Source: Nitrospirota bacterium
GTDB taxonomy: Bacteria; Nitrospirota; UBA9217
Assembly (NCBI GenBank): GCA_963796285.1
Contig: CAWCKW010000007.1
Span: 1 to 17,613, forward strand
DNA length: 17,613 nucleotides
Reading direction: 5' to 3'
A model generated the notes under the pieces. That model made no database searches and was not told the DNA's origin. It saw only the letters and a program-made list of their open reading frames with translations. This document shows positions 16,857-17,613 of the stretch, in pieces. A program made the position numbers and the translations under genes. The first letter of the stretch is position 1. Each line of letters opens with the position of its first letter.

Positions 16857-17094
16857 CGAATATAGTATATGAGCTTACCTTTTACATCAATTTTATCCAT
16901 AATAACATTCTAGATAAGAGATAAGCACTTCAGTCTGTATGAAACTAACTAGTCTTGTTAAAGCCGGGAAGAGAGTGATCCCGCTTGCACTTTAATTAGC
17001 ATGTGCAAAGGGGGGCAAATGTAAGCGCTGAAGCAATATATTAATAAATTTCGCCCCATTGTATTGCTCAGTATCGCAAGAAAGGAGTCTAGAC

Positions 17095-17511
17095 ATGGTA
17101 AAATTAAATCCGTATTTAATAGTAATCATGATCGTACTCCTCATTATGTTCGGAGCCCATATGGTGCACAGCCGGGTGGTTGATGGCTTGGAACACGAAA
17201 AGATGCACGCTGTGCAAACAATTGATAAGGAAATCCAAAAGCTGAAAATTCTCAAAGCCATCATTGCTTGCGAGTCAAGCAACCGCCACGTAATCGGGAC
17301 GTTATCTGAGGTAGGCGTAGACATCGGGAAATGTCAGATCAACACATACTGGCATGAAGCAAAGGCAGAGTCCATGGGATTGAACCTCTTCGATCCTGAC
17401 GATAACATGGAATATTGCCTGTACCTTTTTAAGTCCGAAGGAGTTAAGCCGTGGAGGAGCTCTCAAGTCTGCTGGCAACAGGCACTTGCGAAGGAAGATA
17501 TATATTTTTGA
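17095..17511 (+). CDS. Small membrane-anchored or secreted lysozyme-fold / lytic transglycosylase (SLT-like) protein
   Basis: SD AAGGAG before the ATG at 17095, N-terminal hydrophobic helix, then AIIACESS (catalytic Glu), D.G.CQIN, DPDDN and G.KPW...CW. Confidence 0.75.
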   Translation: MVKLNPYLIVIMIVLLIMFGAHMVHSRVVDGLEHEKMHAVQTIDKEIQKLKILKAIIACESSNRHVIGTLSEVGVDIGKCQINTYWHEAKAESMGLNLFDPDDNMEYCLYLFKSEGVKPWRSSQVCWQQALAKEDIYF

Positions 17512-17613
17512 CTGGTTCAAGAGAACCTGTACCTCAATAATTACATCTGGAATGGCATTGGAACTGTTTCCTGTTACGGATGGAAAGTTCGCGACTGACC
17601 ATTCTTGGCCGAT

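Noticed and set aside
17552-17570. TGGCAT... as a possible sigma54 promoter
   Set aside because: There is no GC at the -12 position.

Overview
A bacterial chromosomal window, probably from Nitrospirota or a related delta-proteobacteria-like lineage (inferred from the short GroES, CIRCE control and gene context). The left part (1-6.3 kb) is accessory: an Fe-S/DUF3786 gene, a pseudo-receiver-PilZ gene, a co-oriented minus-strand run of small repair/detox-type genes (tag, VOC, DUF1697, DUF1801, RibD-C/DHFR-like) and a frameshifted GNAT gene. The middle (6.4-15.9 kb) is housekeeping: CIRCE-controlled groES-groEL, ftsE-ftsX-envC-ctpA, a split transketolase and a conserved hypothetical gene. The right end has tRNA-Leu(CAA), a partial copy of the tRNA 3' end, and an AT-rich tract. 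That tract holds an IS3-like end remnant and a sigma54/IHF-like promoter layout upstream of a small membrane-anchored lysozyme/SLT-like gene. I cannot support a complete new multi-gene system. The best leads are non-coding: a candidate ~105-nt structured sRNA (2097-2201), a degenerate ~65-bp duplicated promoter/start segment flanking a 2-kb block, several apparently leaderless genes, and the island-like tRNA-adjacent region. All family assignments come from motif recognition, not from database searches.
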